NCBI GenBank assembly: GCA_964016885.1
Contig: CAXHJY010000093.1
Coordinates: 62,001 to 126,000, forward strand
DNA length: 64,000 nt
Origin: Eledone cirrhosa
Taxonomy: Eukaryota
Reading direction: 5' to 3'
Below, in pieces: positions 39,541 through 54,497 of the stretch. How positions within the stretch are numbered: position 1 is the stretch's first letter; every line of letters starts with the position of its first letter. The notes below the pieces were generated by a model that saw only the letters and a list, made by a program, of their open reading frames with translations, searched no databases and was not told the origin of the DNA. The position numbers were made by a program, and so were the translations under genes.

Positions 39541-40082
39541 AATATAAATTTAGCGAGAATCGCATTTCGGCGAGTAGAAATTAGCGAAACGCAACTTCCA
39601 TATTGTGCAGACAAGCGCTCCATGGATCTGAAGAAGATACCAGAGCTATAAACATAAGTTAAAATGGTCATACACGCTGAGACGATGGTTAAGAAGCCAT
39701 TAACCACCATAGCCAAAAAAGCGAACAAGCTAAACGGGTCAAACAAAATGAGATATGATTGAAATATTTACCCGGACCCTCGGGGAAGATGGAATACTCC
39801 GAAATTTGGTTTCTGCAACACCTAAATCAATAAAACTGTCTGCTTATAAAAAATAAGCTTTTGGTATAATGATCGAACAAGGCATCGCTTTCTCAACAGG
39901 TTTTTGTTCTTCTTGCGCCAGAATCTCGCAGGTTATGAAACCACATGTGAGGTTCAAAGGGGAGAAAACCCCTATTTTGGCCAGTGAATTCAGCATGTGT
40001 AGTTATTGCAAAAATTTGCAAAATCTGCACAAAACAAATTAAACTCTCGACAGAGTTGTATATATATATATATGTATATATA

Positions 40083-40158
40083 AAGGGTGCAGAAAAAATA
40101 CCTCCCCTATTTTAATGGCTAATCTAGTAGAATATGGGAGATTTTTCTGCCGCACCTG
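40083..40158. mobile_element. Small Tc1/mariner-like MITE, decayed
   Basis: Imperfect TIRs agggtgcagaaaaaatacctccc / gggagatttttctgccgcacctg. Confidence 0.45.
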
Positions 40159-40176
40159 TTTGTGTGTGTATGTGTG

Positions 40177-40225
<49 letters not shown>

Positions 40226-43200
40226 TCTGGGCACTTTATAGTGAAGGTTCGAATGTACAGTCTTACAGAACAAGAGAGAGAGAGAGAGTGGGGGGGATAA
40301 AGAGAGAGTGTGGGGAGGGGGGTAGAGAGAGAGAAAGGAAGAAAAGACTTGTTCTTTATTCTTTAAAAGTTATTTTAAAGAATTTGGTTACTTGTTCAAC
40401 ATATATCTTAGCAAACAAAAGCCAAAACCACACACTTTTAGACACTCATACACACACTATATATATATATAGAGAGAGAGGGAGAGAGAGAGAGATATGG
40501 ATATATATAGAGAGAGATATGGATATATAGAGAGAGAGAGATGGATATATAGAGAGAGAGAGATGGATATAGAGAGAGAGAGATATGGATATATAGAGAG
40601 AGAGATATGGATATATAAACATATATATATATATAGAGAGAGAGAGAGATAGACATATATAGAGAGAGGGAGAGATATAGATATTATTATTTCTGTTATT
40701 GTCGATAAAATAAAGTAGCAGTAATACACTGGGGTTGATTTAATCAACTTTCCGCTCCCCCAAAATTGCTGGCTTTGTGTCTAATGTAGAAACAAGTACT
40801 AGCAGTAGTAGTAGTAGTGGTGGTGGTGGCAGTAGTGGTAGTGGTGGTGGTGGTGGCAGTAGTAGTGGTGGTGGTGGTGGTGGCAGTAGTGGTAGTGGTG
40901 GTGGTGGTGGTGGCAGTAGTAGTGGTGGTGGTGGTGGCAGTAGTGGTGGTGGTGGTGGTGGTGGTGGTGGTGGTGGCAGTAGTGGTGGTGGTGTTTTACG
41001 ATGTTTCCAGTCGAAGAGTTTTTATTTGACAGCAATGTTTGGCATTTAAACTACTGAGTAAAATTTAGTTTGTCCAGTAATTAGTATTTGTTGGCCTTTT
41101 TCTAAACAATCAACACAATCAACAGACCTACCCACTAACCACCACTAACCACTACTAACCACTACTAACGACTAACAAATTAAAACCAAACTAAATGCTC
41201 CCCCCCCTCTCTCCCTTACAATGTAATAACCTGTAGATGACTGACCACTCACTGATGTGTTAATATCATTGTTCTGTTACACTCTTCTGATCTCAGTCAT
41301 TGAATAACACTTTACACCTACTGTTGTTGTTGGTGGTGGTGTAGTGGTGTGGTGGTGGTGGTGGTGGTTGGTGGTGGTGTAGTGGTGATGGTGTGGTGGT
41401 GTAGTGGTGATGGTGTGGTGGTGGTGGTGGTGGTGGTTGGTGGCATGGTGGTGGTGTAGTGGTGATGGTGTGGTGGTTGTGGTGTTAGTGTTGGTGGTGG
41501 TTGTGGTGGTGGTGGTAATTGAGAATTGTTAATCCTACACCAAGCCAGTCTAGCTTGACCACATGGAGCCACTGTGTACAAGTGTGTGTATGTGTGCTGT
41601 ATGTGTGTGTGCTGTATGTATGTGTGCTGTGCTGTATGTGTGTGTGTTAGCTATAACTTGTACTGACCTCTCTATTGTCCAGTCCACTGGTAACAGGAGT
41701 TATTGACCATTACTAACTACTGTTTAGTAACTTCTTAATAGGTCAGAATTTTACTGAGGTGGGCAGGGGAAGGGGTATGAAGTTGACACGCACACATACA
41801 CATACAGACTGACACACACATACACACATACAGACTGACACACACATAGACAGACATATATACAGGCACTCAAACACATATACATACAGACTGACACACA
41901 CAGGCACAAACACATGGGCAGACACATACACAGACTAATGTATACACACACAGACATACACACACAGACATACACACACATCTGATATTAAAGAATTTAA
42001 TATTAGAGATCATTGATATATTGTTTATATATAAAGATGGCAGCAGCCACCATTCTATTCCACTCCAATATTCCCCTTCTAATCCACCACCCCCTCTATA
42101 CAACTCTATTTATTTTCCACCCTGCTTTTCTCACCCCTATGTTCCACACCTCTCCCCACCCCTCTCCACCACCCTTATATCTACCCCTCTCCCCCCGTCG
42201 CTCTTCCCCACCCGTCTCCACCACCCCTATATACACCCGTCTCCCCACCCTCTCCACAACACCCACCCCCTCCACCGCCCCTATATCCACCCTCTCCCCC
42301 CATCTCCCCCCACCCACCCATCCCCCCACCCATCTACCCCCCACCCCCACCCCATATATTCCACTCTATTAAACAACAACAGTAATTCACATTTCTTAAC
42401 ATTTTCAAAAGATTCAACTTCTTTTCTTTTCAGTTTTATTCTCCTACTCTACCCAACGCTTTTCTTTACATGCACACACACACACACACACTCATACACA
42501 TACACACACACACACATCCATACATACACACACATCCATACATACACATACACACACACATCCATACATACACACACATCCATACATACACACACACATC
42601 CACACATACACACACATCCATACATACACACACACATCCACACATCCATACATACACACACATCCACACATACGCATACACATACACACACCCATCCATA
42701 CCCACACACACACATCAGCCCCCCCCCCCCCCGGTGATGTGGGTTAATGAATTCTTTAACATAACTTTGCCCTGTCTCCTCACAGCCACAAAACACCGAC
42801 ATTGACAAAACAAAAGAAATCTTTTTCGGTTTTATTTTTCCCTTTTTTCCCCCCTTTTTGGTTCCTTTTGTTTTGTTTTTTTTTGTTTTTCCTGTTTTGA
42901 AAAAAATTGTTTTTCTTTTACCTTAATTTTTCTTCTTCCAAAGAAGGATCTTAGCATTTCTTTAGCAACAACAACAACATTCTATCTTCATCTTCAGTTC
43001 TTGCCTACAGAAGTAGTCTGGGGGGTGGGGGTGGCGACGTTAAATTTAAGTTGTACTTTCCTCTAACTGATGCTGGTGGTGGTTGTTGTGGTGGTGGTTG
43101 TTGTTGTGGTGGTAGCTGTTTGTTGTGGTGGTTGTGGTTGTTGTTGTTGTGGTGGTGGTGGTGGTTGTGGTTGTTGTTGTTGTTGTAGTTGTGGTTGTGG

Positions 43201-43605
43201 TGGTAGCTGTTTGTTGTGGTGGTGGTGGTTGTGGTTGTGGTATTAGTAGTCGTATATTTTCTGGGGTTTTTTTCTTTAAGTTGTTATTCCTTCATTGTAT
43301 TTCAAGTTTTGCTGTAATATGTGGAGGTTACGTGTGTTTGTGTGTGTGTGTCGGTGTGTTTGTGTGTGTGTGTGTGTGATTGTATCTGTGTTTGTGTGTG
43401 TCCGTGTGGTTGTATTCATCTACAGAATGCGTGTATGTTTGTATATGTATGTGTGTGTGTTTATTCTCATCATCTTTATAGGAGTTTTAAAGTATGTGTT
43501 GTTGTTGGGTAATGTAATGTGTTGTTGTTGTGTGTTGTTGGGTAATGTAATGTGTTGTTGTTGTGTGTTGTTGGGTAATGTAATGTGTGTCCTTGTGTAT
43601 GTGTT

Positions 43606-44105
43606 GTTATACTAACAATACCAAGGGTACTACTTAGTTATACTAACAATACCAGTGCTACTACTCAGTTATACTAACAATACCAAGAGTACTACTTAGT
43701 TATACTAACAATACCAATAGTACTACTCAGTTATACTAACAATACCAAGAGTACTACTCAGTTATACTAACAATACCAAGAGTACTACTTAGTTATACTA
43801 ACAATACCAAGGGTACTACTCAGTTATACTAACAATACCAAGAGTACTACTCAGTTATACTAACAATACCAAGGGTACTACTCAGTTATACTAACAATAC
43901 CAAGAGTACTACTCAGTTATACTAACAATACCAAGAGTACTACTCAGTTATACTAACAATACCAAGGGTACTACTCAGTTATACTAACAATACCAAGAGT
44001 ACTACTCAGTTATACTAACAATACCAGTGCTACTACTCAGTTATACTAACAATACCAGTGCTACTACTCAAGTTATACTAACAATACCAAGGGTACTACT
44101 CAGTT
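43606..44105. repeat. Minisatellite, 31-bp unit
   Basis: gttatactaacaataccaagagtactactca in tandem. Confidence 0.95.
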
Positions 44106-45347
44106 GATGACAAAAATATATAACTTTGCCCATATATGGTAATTTATTAAAATACTTATTCTATATATTTTATTTTTATTTTATTGTGATTGGATTTTTT
44201 TTTGTTTACTTTTGTTTTTGTCCTAAAATTTAATTAAAAAAACAAAACTAAATAAATTCTAGAAAGTTCTTTGATAAAAATGTTTTATCGTTTCTTCCTG
44301 CGAGAATTACAGTTTTTCTTCATGAGAGAAAATAAAAAATACAAGACTGCAAGTGACAAACTACTGTCTTTATTGTGGCAATATCTCTCTCTCCCCCCTT
44401 CCCCCTTTCTCTCATCCCCCCTGCCCCCTCTCTATCATTCCCCTGCCCCCTCTCTTTCTTGCTCTATCCTTCAATATTTCCATAGTGTCTTCTGCATTTC
44501 CTTAGACTGATGATGATGACTATAGGTGGTGGTCGGTGGTGATGGCGGTAGGTGGTGGTGGAGAGTGATGGTTGGTGGTGGTGGTGGTGGTGGTGGTAGG
44601 TGGTGATGGAGAGTGGCAGTAGTAGTGGTCGGTGGAGAGTGATGGTTGGTGGTGGTGGCGGTGGTGATGTCACAAAAGCTGTTTAGGATAAAGAAACAAA
44701 GCTAAATACAGAATCTATTACAATATGGAATATCTTGTTTCTGGTCCCAGTGAGACTGTGGTAATTGGGTGAGGGGTTTAAATGCTAACTAGTTAATTAC
44801 TATATATACTGACATCCCTGTAGGGGATTCCCACAGGACCACTGAGTTCAGTGTCAACTTTGAATGTCAGTGAGCATGTCCAGCTAACCTCAGTCTCCTC
44901 TGTGTCACTTTCAAGCTGACTTTTGGGAGGCTCCTGTACAGCTTTGAGTTCTTCATGCTCAGTACACTCTGATATATACAGGAGTTAATTAGATTTTCTT
45001 TCCAATGAAGAATATCTGAGGTCTGGGTGTTGTGTAACCTTTACTTTCTACAATATTAAGTAGAGAGATAAATCCTACTTTGGATAAATTAGTCTAAAAT
45101 AGATTAAAGTTAAATATAAATTCTTCTCTTAGAAATAATGTATTATTCATATGATCTATACACTATGGTAACGTGATGTAATTTTTCTCAGAACTTACTT
45201 AGAACTGAATCTATAGAATAAGATGATTTATTCTGGAATTAGAAATGAACAATTTGTGATTTTGTCTGCAATCAGGCTGAACAAGACACGACTAAATCAT
45301 AATGGTAATTCTTTTGTTGCTAGAATTTTGTGTCATTTGCATTTATT

Positions 45348-46000
45348 TAGCCTCTGAAGTTAGCCTACGAGGTTAGCCTCTGAAGTTAGCCTACAAAGTT
45401 AGCCTACGAAGTTAGCCTACGAAGTTAACCTACGAAGTTAACCTACGAAGTTAGCCTACGAAGTTAGCCTCCGAAGTTAGCCTACGAAGTTAGCCTACGA
45501 AGTTAACCTACGAAGTTAGCCTCCGAAGTTAGCCTACGAAGTTAGCCTACGAGGTTAGCCTCTGAAGTTAGCCTACGAAGTTAGCCTACGAAGTTAGCCT
45601 CCGAAGTTAGCCTACGAAGTTAGCCTACGAAGTTAGCCTACGAAGTTAGCCTACGAAGTTAACCTACGAAGTTAGCCTACGAAGTTAGCCTCCGAAGTTA
45701 GCCTCCGAAGTTAGCCTACGAAGTTAGCCTACGAAGTTAGCCTACGAAGTTAGCCTCCGAAGTTAGCCTACGAAGTTAGCCTACGAAGTTAGCCTACGAA
45801 GTTTGCCTACGAAGTTAGCCTACGAAGTTAGCCTACGAAGTTAACCTACGAAGTTAGCCTACGAAGTTAGCCTACGAAGTTAGCCTACGAAGTTAGCCTA
45901 CGAAGTTAGCCTACGAAGTTAGCCTACGAAGTTACCCTCCGAAGTTAACCTACGAAGTTAGCCTACGAAGTTAGCCTACGAAGTTAGCCTACGAAGTTTG
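45348..46000. repeat. Minisatellite, 13-bp unit, ~50 copies
   Basis: gaagttagcctac in tandem. Confidence 0.97.
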
Positions 46001-46071
46001 TCTCTGTTCAGCCTCATGGTAACAAGAAAAATATTTTTTAAAAAAATTTCTGTCAGAATCTGCAAGTTAGA

Positions 46072-46352
46072 AGAGTGATCTCAGAGGAGAGTGATCTCAG
46101 GAGAGAGTGATCTCAGGGGAGAGTGATCTCAGGAGAGAGTGATCTCAGGGGAGAGTGATCTCAGGGGAGAGTGATCTCAGGAGAGAGTGATCTCAGGAGA
46201 GAGTGATCTCAGGGGAGAGTGATCTCAGGAGAGAGTGATCTCAGGGGAGAGTGATCTCAGGGGAGAGTGATCTCAGGGGAGAGTGATCTCAGGAGAGAGT
46301 GATCTCAGGGGAGAGTGATCTCAGGGGAGAGTGATCTCAGGGGAGAGTGATC
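46072..46352. repeat. Minisatellite, 16-bp unit
   Basis: gagagtgatctcagg(g/a) in tandem. Confidence 0.95.
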
Positions 46353-47167
46353 TAAAAACCTTCAAGGTGACACTATTCAAGGCTGTGATTCATAAGTTTC
46401 TGTCTTCACAGTTCTCACATTAATTTCAACAGAGTTCTTTCTCACAAGAACGTTTAGCTGTTATTCCAGTTGTTGTTGTTGTTGTTGTTGTTGTTGGTCG
46501 TATTGTTGTTGTTGTTTCATTCTATACACCTCTCTCTCAACGTCAAGGGTTGTAGCTAGTAATATATACACACATAAACATACACACATATAAACACCAC
46601 ACACACACATACATATATTGTTCTCTCTATCTTTTTCCTTCCACATAATTAAGAGTTTGAGCATGGTCAGTGTTCTTGGTGTGGTGGTGGTGGTGGTGGT
46701 GGTGGTAACAGTGGTGGTGGTGGTGATGGTGACAGTGGTGGTGGTGGTGGTCGTGACAGTGGTGGTGGTGGTGGTGGTAACAGTGGTGGTGGTGGTGATG
46801 GTGACAGTGGTGGTGGTGGTGATGGTGACAGTGGTGGTGGTGGTGGTGGTAACAGTGGTGGTGGTGGTGATGGTGACAGTGGTGGTGGTGGTGGTGGTCG
46901 TGACAGTGGCGGTGGTGGTGGTGGCAGTGGCGGTGGTGGTGGTGGTAGTGGTGGCGACAGTGGTGGTTACAGTGGTGGTGGTGATAGTGGTGGTTACAGT
47001 GGTGGTGGTGGTGGTGGTGGTGATAGTGGTGGTTACAGTGGTGGTGGTGGTATGAATGGTGTGGTGGTGGCGACATGGATGGTGTGGTGGTGGTGACAGT
47101 GGTGGTGGCAAGGATGGTGTGGTGGTATGATTGGTGTGGTGGCAGTGACCTATAAACTTAACATGCC

Positions 47168-47217
<50 letters not shown>

Positions 47218-47728
47218 CCAGTAGTGAAGCTTGTGTTTCTCATTACTAGATATATTTAGAGCCTCAACAAACAAAGTTAGCCAATCAAATATTAACACTA
47301 GTCTCTGACACACACTACAATACATACCACTATATATATATATATATATCATCATCATCATCATCTTCGTTCAACATCCATCTTCCACGCTAGCATGGGT
47401 TAGACGGGAGTTGTCCCATTTGAGGCAAGGCTGGTCGGGTGACCGTGTCTCGCTCATATAAGACTGTCTGGCAGGTTTTCTACGGCTGGATGCCCTTCCT
47501 AATACCAACCACATTTACAGTGTGGAACTGGGAACTTTTTACTGTGTTACCTACATATATATATATAGGAATGTATGTAGAGTATATTTGGCAATATACA
47601 GTATGTTTAAAAACATTTAGAAGACCATTCACTATCAGTTTTGAAGTAGTGACTATGTCACTTATTCAGCCAAGAGCCAAATATACTATACATACATTCA
47701 TGTATATATCGCTATTTCAGAGCGCGTG

Positions 47729-47883
<155 letters not shown>

Positions 47884-47986
47884 GGCCAACTGAATACGCT
47901 CGTGTGTTTTCTTTTTTTCTCATATTTCCCCCGTTCTTTCCTCTTATCACTTTTTACTTTCTATTTGTCTTCTGTTTCTAACTCTA

Positions 47987-48022
47987 TCTTCTGATGAAGG
48001 ACTAGTGTCTGAAACCTTAAGA
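47987..48022 (+). ncRNA. Minimal type-I hammerhead motif (family A, decayed)
   Basis: tctt-CTGATGA-A-GGAC tagt GTCT-GAAA-CCT-T-aaga. Homologous to 3654-3689, including the downstream tail; the palindrome is mutated ACGT>ACCT. Confidence 0.65.
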
Positions 48023-49479
48023 CTCTCTTCCTGCTATTCCAAGCATTAAACTAATATATTTCTTCCATGTACTGTGGTGTTTTGTTTTGTTATTTCTGTT
48101 ATTTCTGTTTACTATATATTTATATATATGTGTGTGTGTGAAGAGAGAGAGGGGGGTACTGTTATTTATTTACAGAGAAGCTTGTACAGATTATGGACAA
48201 TAAGATGTGAGATGTGTAATAATAGAGACAGACAGACAGCCAGACTGGGTGGAGTGGTGATAAGAGAGAAAGGAGAGCTCATCATTAGATAGATACAGTG
48301 AAATAAGGGAGGGAGACGACAACAAAAGAAGAAAAATGATGGAGATGGTTTTGTGACATTTTGATGGGGGTAACAGATAAAATAAAGTGATTGATTATTG
48401 AATAATATATTAGACTTGAGGACATAGTTGTCATATTTGGCTCATAACCCTCTCAACTCTATTTTCCCCATCTCAGCACCACACCACATAATCTGTGTGG
48501 TTAGCGGGGACAGATAGCAAGGCAGGGGCCATCGCTGTCCACATTTAACCCTCCTCAGTAAACTGAACCCTACACAAACATGACAAACACACATGGTGTC
48601 TCAAGGGACTGACACAGACAGATGGACATGAATGGTGACATACACACACAGACATACACATACAGACATACACATACAGACATACACACACAGACATACA
48701 CACACAGACATACACACACAGACATACACACACAGACATACACACAGACAGATGGACATGAATGGTGACATACACACACAGACATACACACAGACAGATG
48801 GACATGAATGGTGACACACAGACATAGACACACACACACACACAGAGACATGAATGGTGACACACACACACATGACCCCCCCCCCCATCCACAGACAACC
48901 ATAAAAAGCCAAGCCTGGTTGGGTCACCTTGACCCTGTATCTATGTCACTTTATAATGTTTGTGTCAAGACAGTGTCACATTGATCTATGATGAGTGTCA
49001 TCAAGACAGCCAGCCACAGTGAGTGAGACAGCCAGCCACAGACAGACATTGAGACAGGCAGACATTGAGACAGACAGACAGACACTGGAGTAGGTAGGGT
49101 GGTAGTATGTCTTGTGGTTGTTATATGAACAACCATTAGTCTAGGACATTCTCAATACATCACTTTTTCCATTCCATACTTTGGCCCATTACTTTCTTTG
49201 TCTCTCTTTTATTTCCTATTCTTCTGTGGTTCTAGAATCCTTGCTTTTCCCCTTCCCTCTCATGTCTTTTATAGTCCCTTTCCTTCCCCATACAACCCAG
49301 ACATGCCCTTCCCCTCACAGAAAGGTTTACCTACTCCCCTTCCATCCACTTCCAATAACAACTGCATTGTTTAGGCTAAATTTATATCTGACAGCAGACT
49401 ATCTTTATCACACTGTCTCTGTCTGCCTGTCTCTCTCTCTCTCCTTTTGTCTGTCTGTCTGTCTCTGTCTGCCTGTCTC

Positions 49480-49516
<37 letters not shown>

Positions 49517-49573
49517 GCCCACCTTATCTATGCAATCTTTCTCTGTCTCTATATCTATCTATATATCTGTCAG

Positions 49574-49682
<109 letters not shown>

Positions 49683-50168
49683 ATGTCTATCTATGTCTGT
49701 ATTTATTTATTTATTTATTTATTTATGTCTATCCATCTATCTGCCTGCCTGTCTCTTTCTCCCTACCTCACCCCCTCTATTTATCTCAGTTCTCTTGGTG
49801 GTGGTGGTAGTGATCATGGTAGTAGTGGTGTTGTTAGTGGTGGTAGTGGTGTTGTTAGTGGTAGTAGTGGTGTTGTTAGTGGTAGTAGTGGTGTTGTTAG
49901 TGGTGGTAGTGGTGGTGGTAGTAGTGGTAGTGGTGTTGGGGAGGTCCATTCTCTCTATTGTTCAGAACTGATCCTCTTTGCCCTCATTATTCTCTCTAAA
50001 TCAACTTTGCCTTTCATCCTTACGGGGTCCATAAAATAAAGTACCAGTAATGCACTGGGTCATTGCTGGCCTTGTGCCTAAAGTAGAAACAATTATTATT
50101 TCTAAATGGTTAAATAACTTTGCTGCTACTCAAATGTCCACAAGCTTATCTTTTCTATCTCTCTATCA

Positions 50169-50242
<74 letters not shown>

Positions 50243-50247
50243 TTCTT

Positions 50248-50345
<98 letters not shown>

Positions 50346-50405
50346 ATATATATATATATATATATAAAGATGAAATAAAGATGGTTATAAGAGTTCCATA
50401 TATTA

Positions 50406-50462
50406 TATTATACATATTTCGAATACAAAATCATCCTGGGACAGATGTGTTCTCTTCAGATA
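50406..50462 (-). ncRNA. Type-I hammerhead motif (family C)
   Basis: Minus strand: tat-CTGAAGA-GAAcACA...TGTaTTC-GAAA-TATGTA-TA-ata. Upstream (caagtg...catatcat) and downstream (tggaactc..taaccatcttt) flanks are homologous to the 17604 copy. Confidence 0.7.
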
Positions 50463-51049
50463 GGTTCAATGATATGAGGCATAATAGCACTTGTTTATAC
50501 GTATAATAAAATATATGGAACTCTTATAACCATCTTTATTTCATCTTTATTATATACTCCAGTTCTACCAACTGTTGAGTGCTACTTATCTGATATAGAT
50601 GTATAGTTTTATTGTTCTTCAATATTACTCCCCTTCTATATATATATATATATATATTACTCTCTCACTCTCTCATTCTCTATCAACCTATCTATCTTTA
50701 TGCCACTTTCTCCCACTCCCCATTTGTCTTCTTTCTCAGTTCCTTTGTTACATCATCTTCAATGGTAGTTCACACCATTGGAGCTCAGGCACTCCCTCTC
50801 TCACTCCCCACTCTCTACCCCTCACTCTCTCTCTCTCTCTCTAGGCATACAAAAAACAAGAAATGGCGTCTACAGGATTAGACATGTTTCCTGATGATTT
50901 CTTTTGAATGAAACCATTTCTATACTAAACACGGTGTTTACAATCTGCTAATGTATTGAGTACCTTACTGTGGTTACCTCCGATTGAACCCAGGACTTAC
51001 ACACACACACATATATATCATCATCATCAACGTTTAACCTCTATCTTCC

Positions 51050-51200
51050 AGGCTTAGTGGTTAGAGCATTGGGCTTGCAATCGAAAGGTTGTGAGTTCAA
51101 TTCTCGGACCGGGTGATGTGTTGTTTCCTTGAGCAAGACACTTTATTTTACATTGCTCCAGTTTACTCAGCTGTAGAAATGAGATGATAGGACTGGGGTC
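51050..51200 (+). mobile_element. tRNA-derived SINE, family 3
   Basis: ggcttagtggttagagc...gagttcaattct, body ccttgagcaagacactttattt..tgctccagtttactcagctg. Related pieces at ~22090-22210(-) and 29683-29730. Confidence 0.7.
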
Positions 51201-51269
51201 CCTATCATTAAATCACCCAAGACACCTCCAACGAGATATACCTTGGAGGAGGCCAGCTAAACCTGCAGA

Positions 51270-51354
51270 GGTGTGAGGTGTGTGTGTAGAGAGAGAGAGA
51301 GCTGTGGTGTATATGTGTGTGTGTGTAGAGAGAGAGAGGGAGCTGTGGTGTACA

Positions 51355-51385
<31 letters not shown>

Positions 51386-51397
51386 CTGTGGTGTACA

Positions 51398-51428
<31 letters not shown>

Positions 51429-51440
51429 CTGTGGTGTACA

Positions 51441-51474
<34 letters not shown>

Positions 51475-51735
51475 TGTGGTGTACATGTGTGTGTGTGTGT
51501 AGAGAGAGAGAGAGCTGTAGTGTATATGTATGTGTGTGTAGAGTGAGAGAGAGAGAGCTGTGGTGTATATGTGTGTGTGTGTAGAGAGAGAGAGAGAGCT
51601 GTAGTGTATATGTATGTGTGTGTAGAGTGAGAGAGAGAGAGCTGTGGTGTATATGTGTGTGTGTGTAGAGAGAGAGAGAGCTGTAGTGTATATGTATGTG
51701 TGTGTAGAGTGAGAGAGAGAGAGCTGTGGTGTATA

Positions 51736-51766
<31 letters not shown>

Positions 51767-52025
51767 CTGTAGTGTATATGTATGTGTGTGTGTAGAGAGA
51801 GAGAGAGAGCTGTGGTGTATATGTGTGTGTGTGTAGAGAGAGAGAGAGAGCTATGGTGTACATGTGTGTGTGTGTAGAGAGAGAGAGAGAGCTGTAGTGT
51901 ACATGTGTGTGTGTAGAGAGAAAGAGAGAGCTATGGTGTATATGTGTGTGTGTAGAGAGAGAGAGAGAGAGCTGTAGTGTACATGTGTGTGTGTGTAGAG
52001 TGAGAGAGAGAGAGCTGTGGTGTAC

Positions 52026-52059
<34 letters not shown>

Positions 52060-52071
52060 CTGTGGTGTACA

Positions 52072-52102
<31 letters not shown>

Positions 52103-52114
52103 CTGTGGTGTACA

Positions 52115-52145
<31 letters not shown>

Positions 52146-52194
52146 CTGTAGTGTACATGTGTGTGTGTAGAGAGAGAGAGAGAGCTATGGTGTA

Positions 52195-52227
<33 letters not shown>

Positions 52228-52286
52228 CTGTAGTGTACATGTATGTGTGTGTAGAGTGAGAGAGAGAGAGCTGTGGTGTATATGTG

Positions 52287-52317
<31 letters not shown>

Positions 52318-52905
52318 GGAGAGATGTGGTGTACATGTGTGTGTGTAGAGAGAGAGAGAGAGCTATGGTGTATATGTGTGTGTGTAGAGAGAGAGAGAGA
52401 GAGCTGTAGTGTACATGTGTGTGTGTGTAGAGTGAGAGAGAGAGAGCTGTGGTGTATATGTGAGTGTGTGTGTAGAGAGAGAGAGAGGGAGAGATGTGGT
52501 GTATATATATGTATGTAGAGAGAGAGGGAGATGTGGTGTATATATATGTGTGTAGAGAGAGAGGGAAATGTGGTGTATATATATATATATGTGTGTGTGT
52601 AGAGAGAGATAGAGAGAGAGGGAGATGTGGTGTATATGTGTGTGTGTAGAGAGAGAGGGAGATGTGGTGTATATATATATATGTGTGTGTGTATGTAGAG
52701 GGAGATGTGGTATATATATATATGTAGAGAGAGAGAGATGTGGTGTATATATATATATATATATATGTGTAGAGAGAGAGAGATGTGGTGTATATATATG
52801 TATGTAGAGAGAGAGGGAGATGTGGTATATATATATATGTATGTAGAGAGAGAGAGAGATGTGGTGTATATATATATATGTAGAGAGAGAGAGATGTGGT
52901 GTATA
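51270..52905. repeat. Compound minisatellite (GA)n-gctgtggtgtacat-(GT)n
   Basis: Fixed core with variable-length GA and GT tracts; the core drifts to gatgtggtgta(TA)n in the distal part. Confidence 0.9.
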
Positions 52906-53046
52906 TAACTGAGCTAATGAAGTAGCCGTTATTTCTAGTGTCATGAAGTTTATGGTGTAATTTGTTAGTTGTGGTTCTTACAGAGAAAAGACTAGCAATA
53001 AAGCTTTGGAGTGTAAACCTTCGCATGTGTCTGTATATATATAAGG

Positions 53047-53085
<39 letters not shown>

Positions 53086-53811
53086 AGGGTGTGTGTGTGT
53101 CTGTATATATATATATAAGGGTGTGTGTGTATCTGTATACATGTGTGTGTGTGTCTGTATATATACACACATGCACCCTCACACACACACACATACAGCC
53201 ATGTGTGAGAGATCCATCCCAAATTACATTGACATGTTAATTAGAGACATGGGTCATAACCATAACAAAATTGATACTTTTGCTTTCATCTTTACCACTG
53301 CCCACTCTTCTCTCAAATACTAAACTTAACTTCTCCCTAACCCCCTCTCTAACTCCCTCTCTCTCTTGTCTTTGACCCTCTCACTCTTTCCCTAACTCCC
53401 TCTCACTCTCTCCCTAACTGCCCCTCTCATGTCTTTGACACCCTCTCTCTCCCTACCCCCATAACCCCCACCCCCTCCCATCATGTCTTTGACTTGGTCT
53501 CATAATTTATTCTTCTTCCAGTCTATAACTGATTCCAATCAAACTGTTCTGTCTTTTATTGCTCTATTTACATGGACGTGGTCCTCGGTCCTCTTCGCCA
53601 TATTGTTGTATTTGTTGTCCCTGTCTGTCTTATCTGTCTAGCTGTATCTCACTGTACCAGTAATTTATAATCAACCTGAGAGATACTGATAATGATATAC
53701 TCTCTCTCCTGGTTTTTAATTTCTCAGCAAGATGTTTCCATCATGTTTGGAACATTTTGAAAAATTAACAAAATAATATAAATAAATAAATAATAATGAT
53801 AAAAAATCAAA

Positions 53812-54150
53812 AACACTGCAGCCTCCCACATCTCTACAAAAACACTGCAGCATCTCATCTCTTCCCACAAAAAACATTGCAGCCTCTCACTTCTTCCCAC
53901 AAAACCACTGAAACCTCTCACTTCTTCCCACAAAAACACTGAAACCTCTCACTTCTTCCCACAAAACCACTGAAACCTCTCACTTCTTCCCACAAAACCA
54001 CTGAAACCTCTCACTTCTTCCCACAAAACCAATGAAACCCCTCACTTCTTCCCACAAAAACACTGAAACCTGTCATCCCTTCCCACAAAACCAATGAAAC
54101 CCCTCACTTCTTCCCACAAAACACTGAAACCTCTCATCTCTTCCCACAAA
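53812..54150. repeat. Minisatellite, ~31-bp unit
   Basis: ctgaaacctctcacttcttcccacaaaacca in tandem. Confidence 0.9.
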
Positions 54151-54497
54151 CCACAGTATTATTGTATGGTAGTTCTTCAGAGCTTAAGCAGAGTTGATTA
54201 ATGAGTCTGTAAAGCTGATCATCATCATCATCACCACCACCACCACCACCATCGTCATCATCATCATCATCACCACCACCATCATCATCATCATCACCAC
54301 CATCATCACCATCACTACCACCACTACCATCATTATCATCACCATACAAGGTATTGCTGATGACAAGGTGTGAACTATCAATCACTTTGCTATGATATCT
54401 TTGATTATACAATAACAGTGGTAATTCATTTCCCCTTCATTGAAGCAACCGAGAGACCCTTACACAGTCATCTGAAATTACACCTTACTGTGTTTAA

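Noticed and set aside
39780-39815. GAAGA-T-GGA atac TCC-GAAA hammerhead-like string
   Set aside because: Lacks the CUG of the core and has no helix I or III.
51050-51115. tRNA gene (also the heads at 4330, 5110, 20320, 29210)
   Set aside because: A and B boxes are present but there is no full cloverleaf, and each continues into a SINE body.
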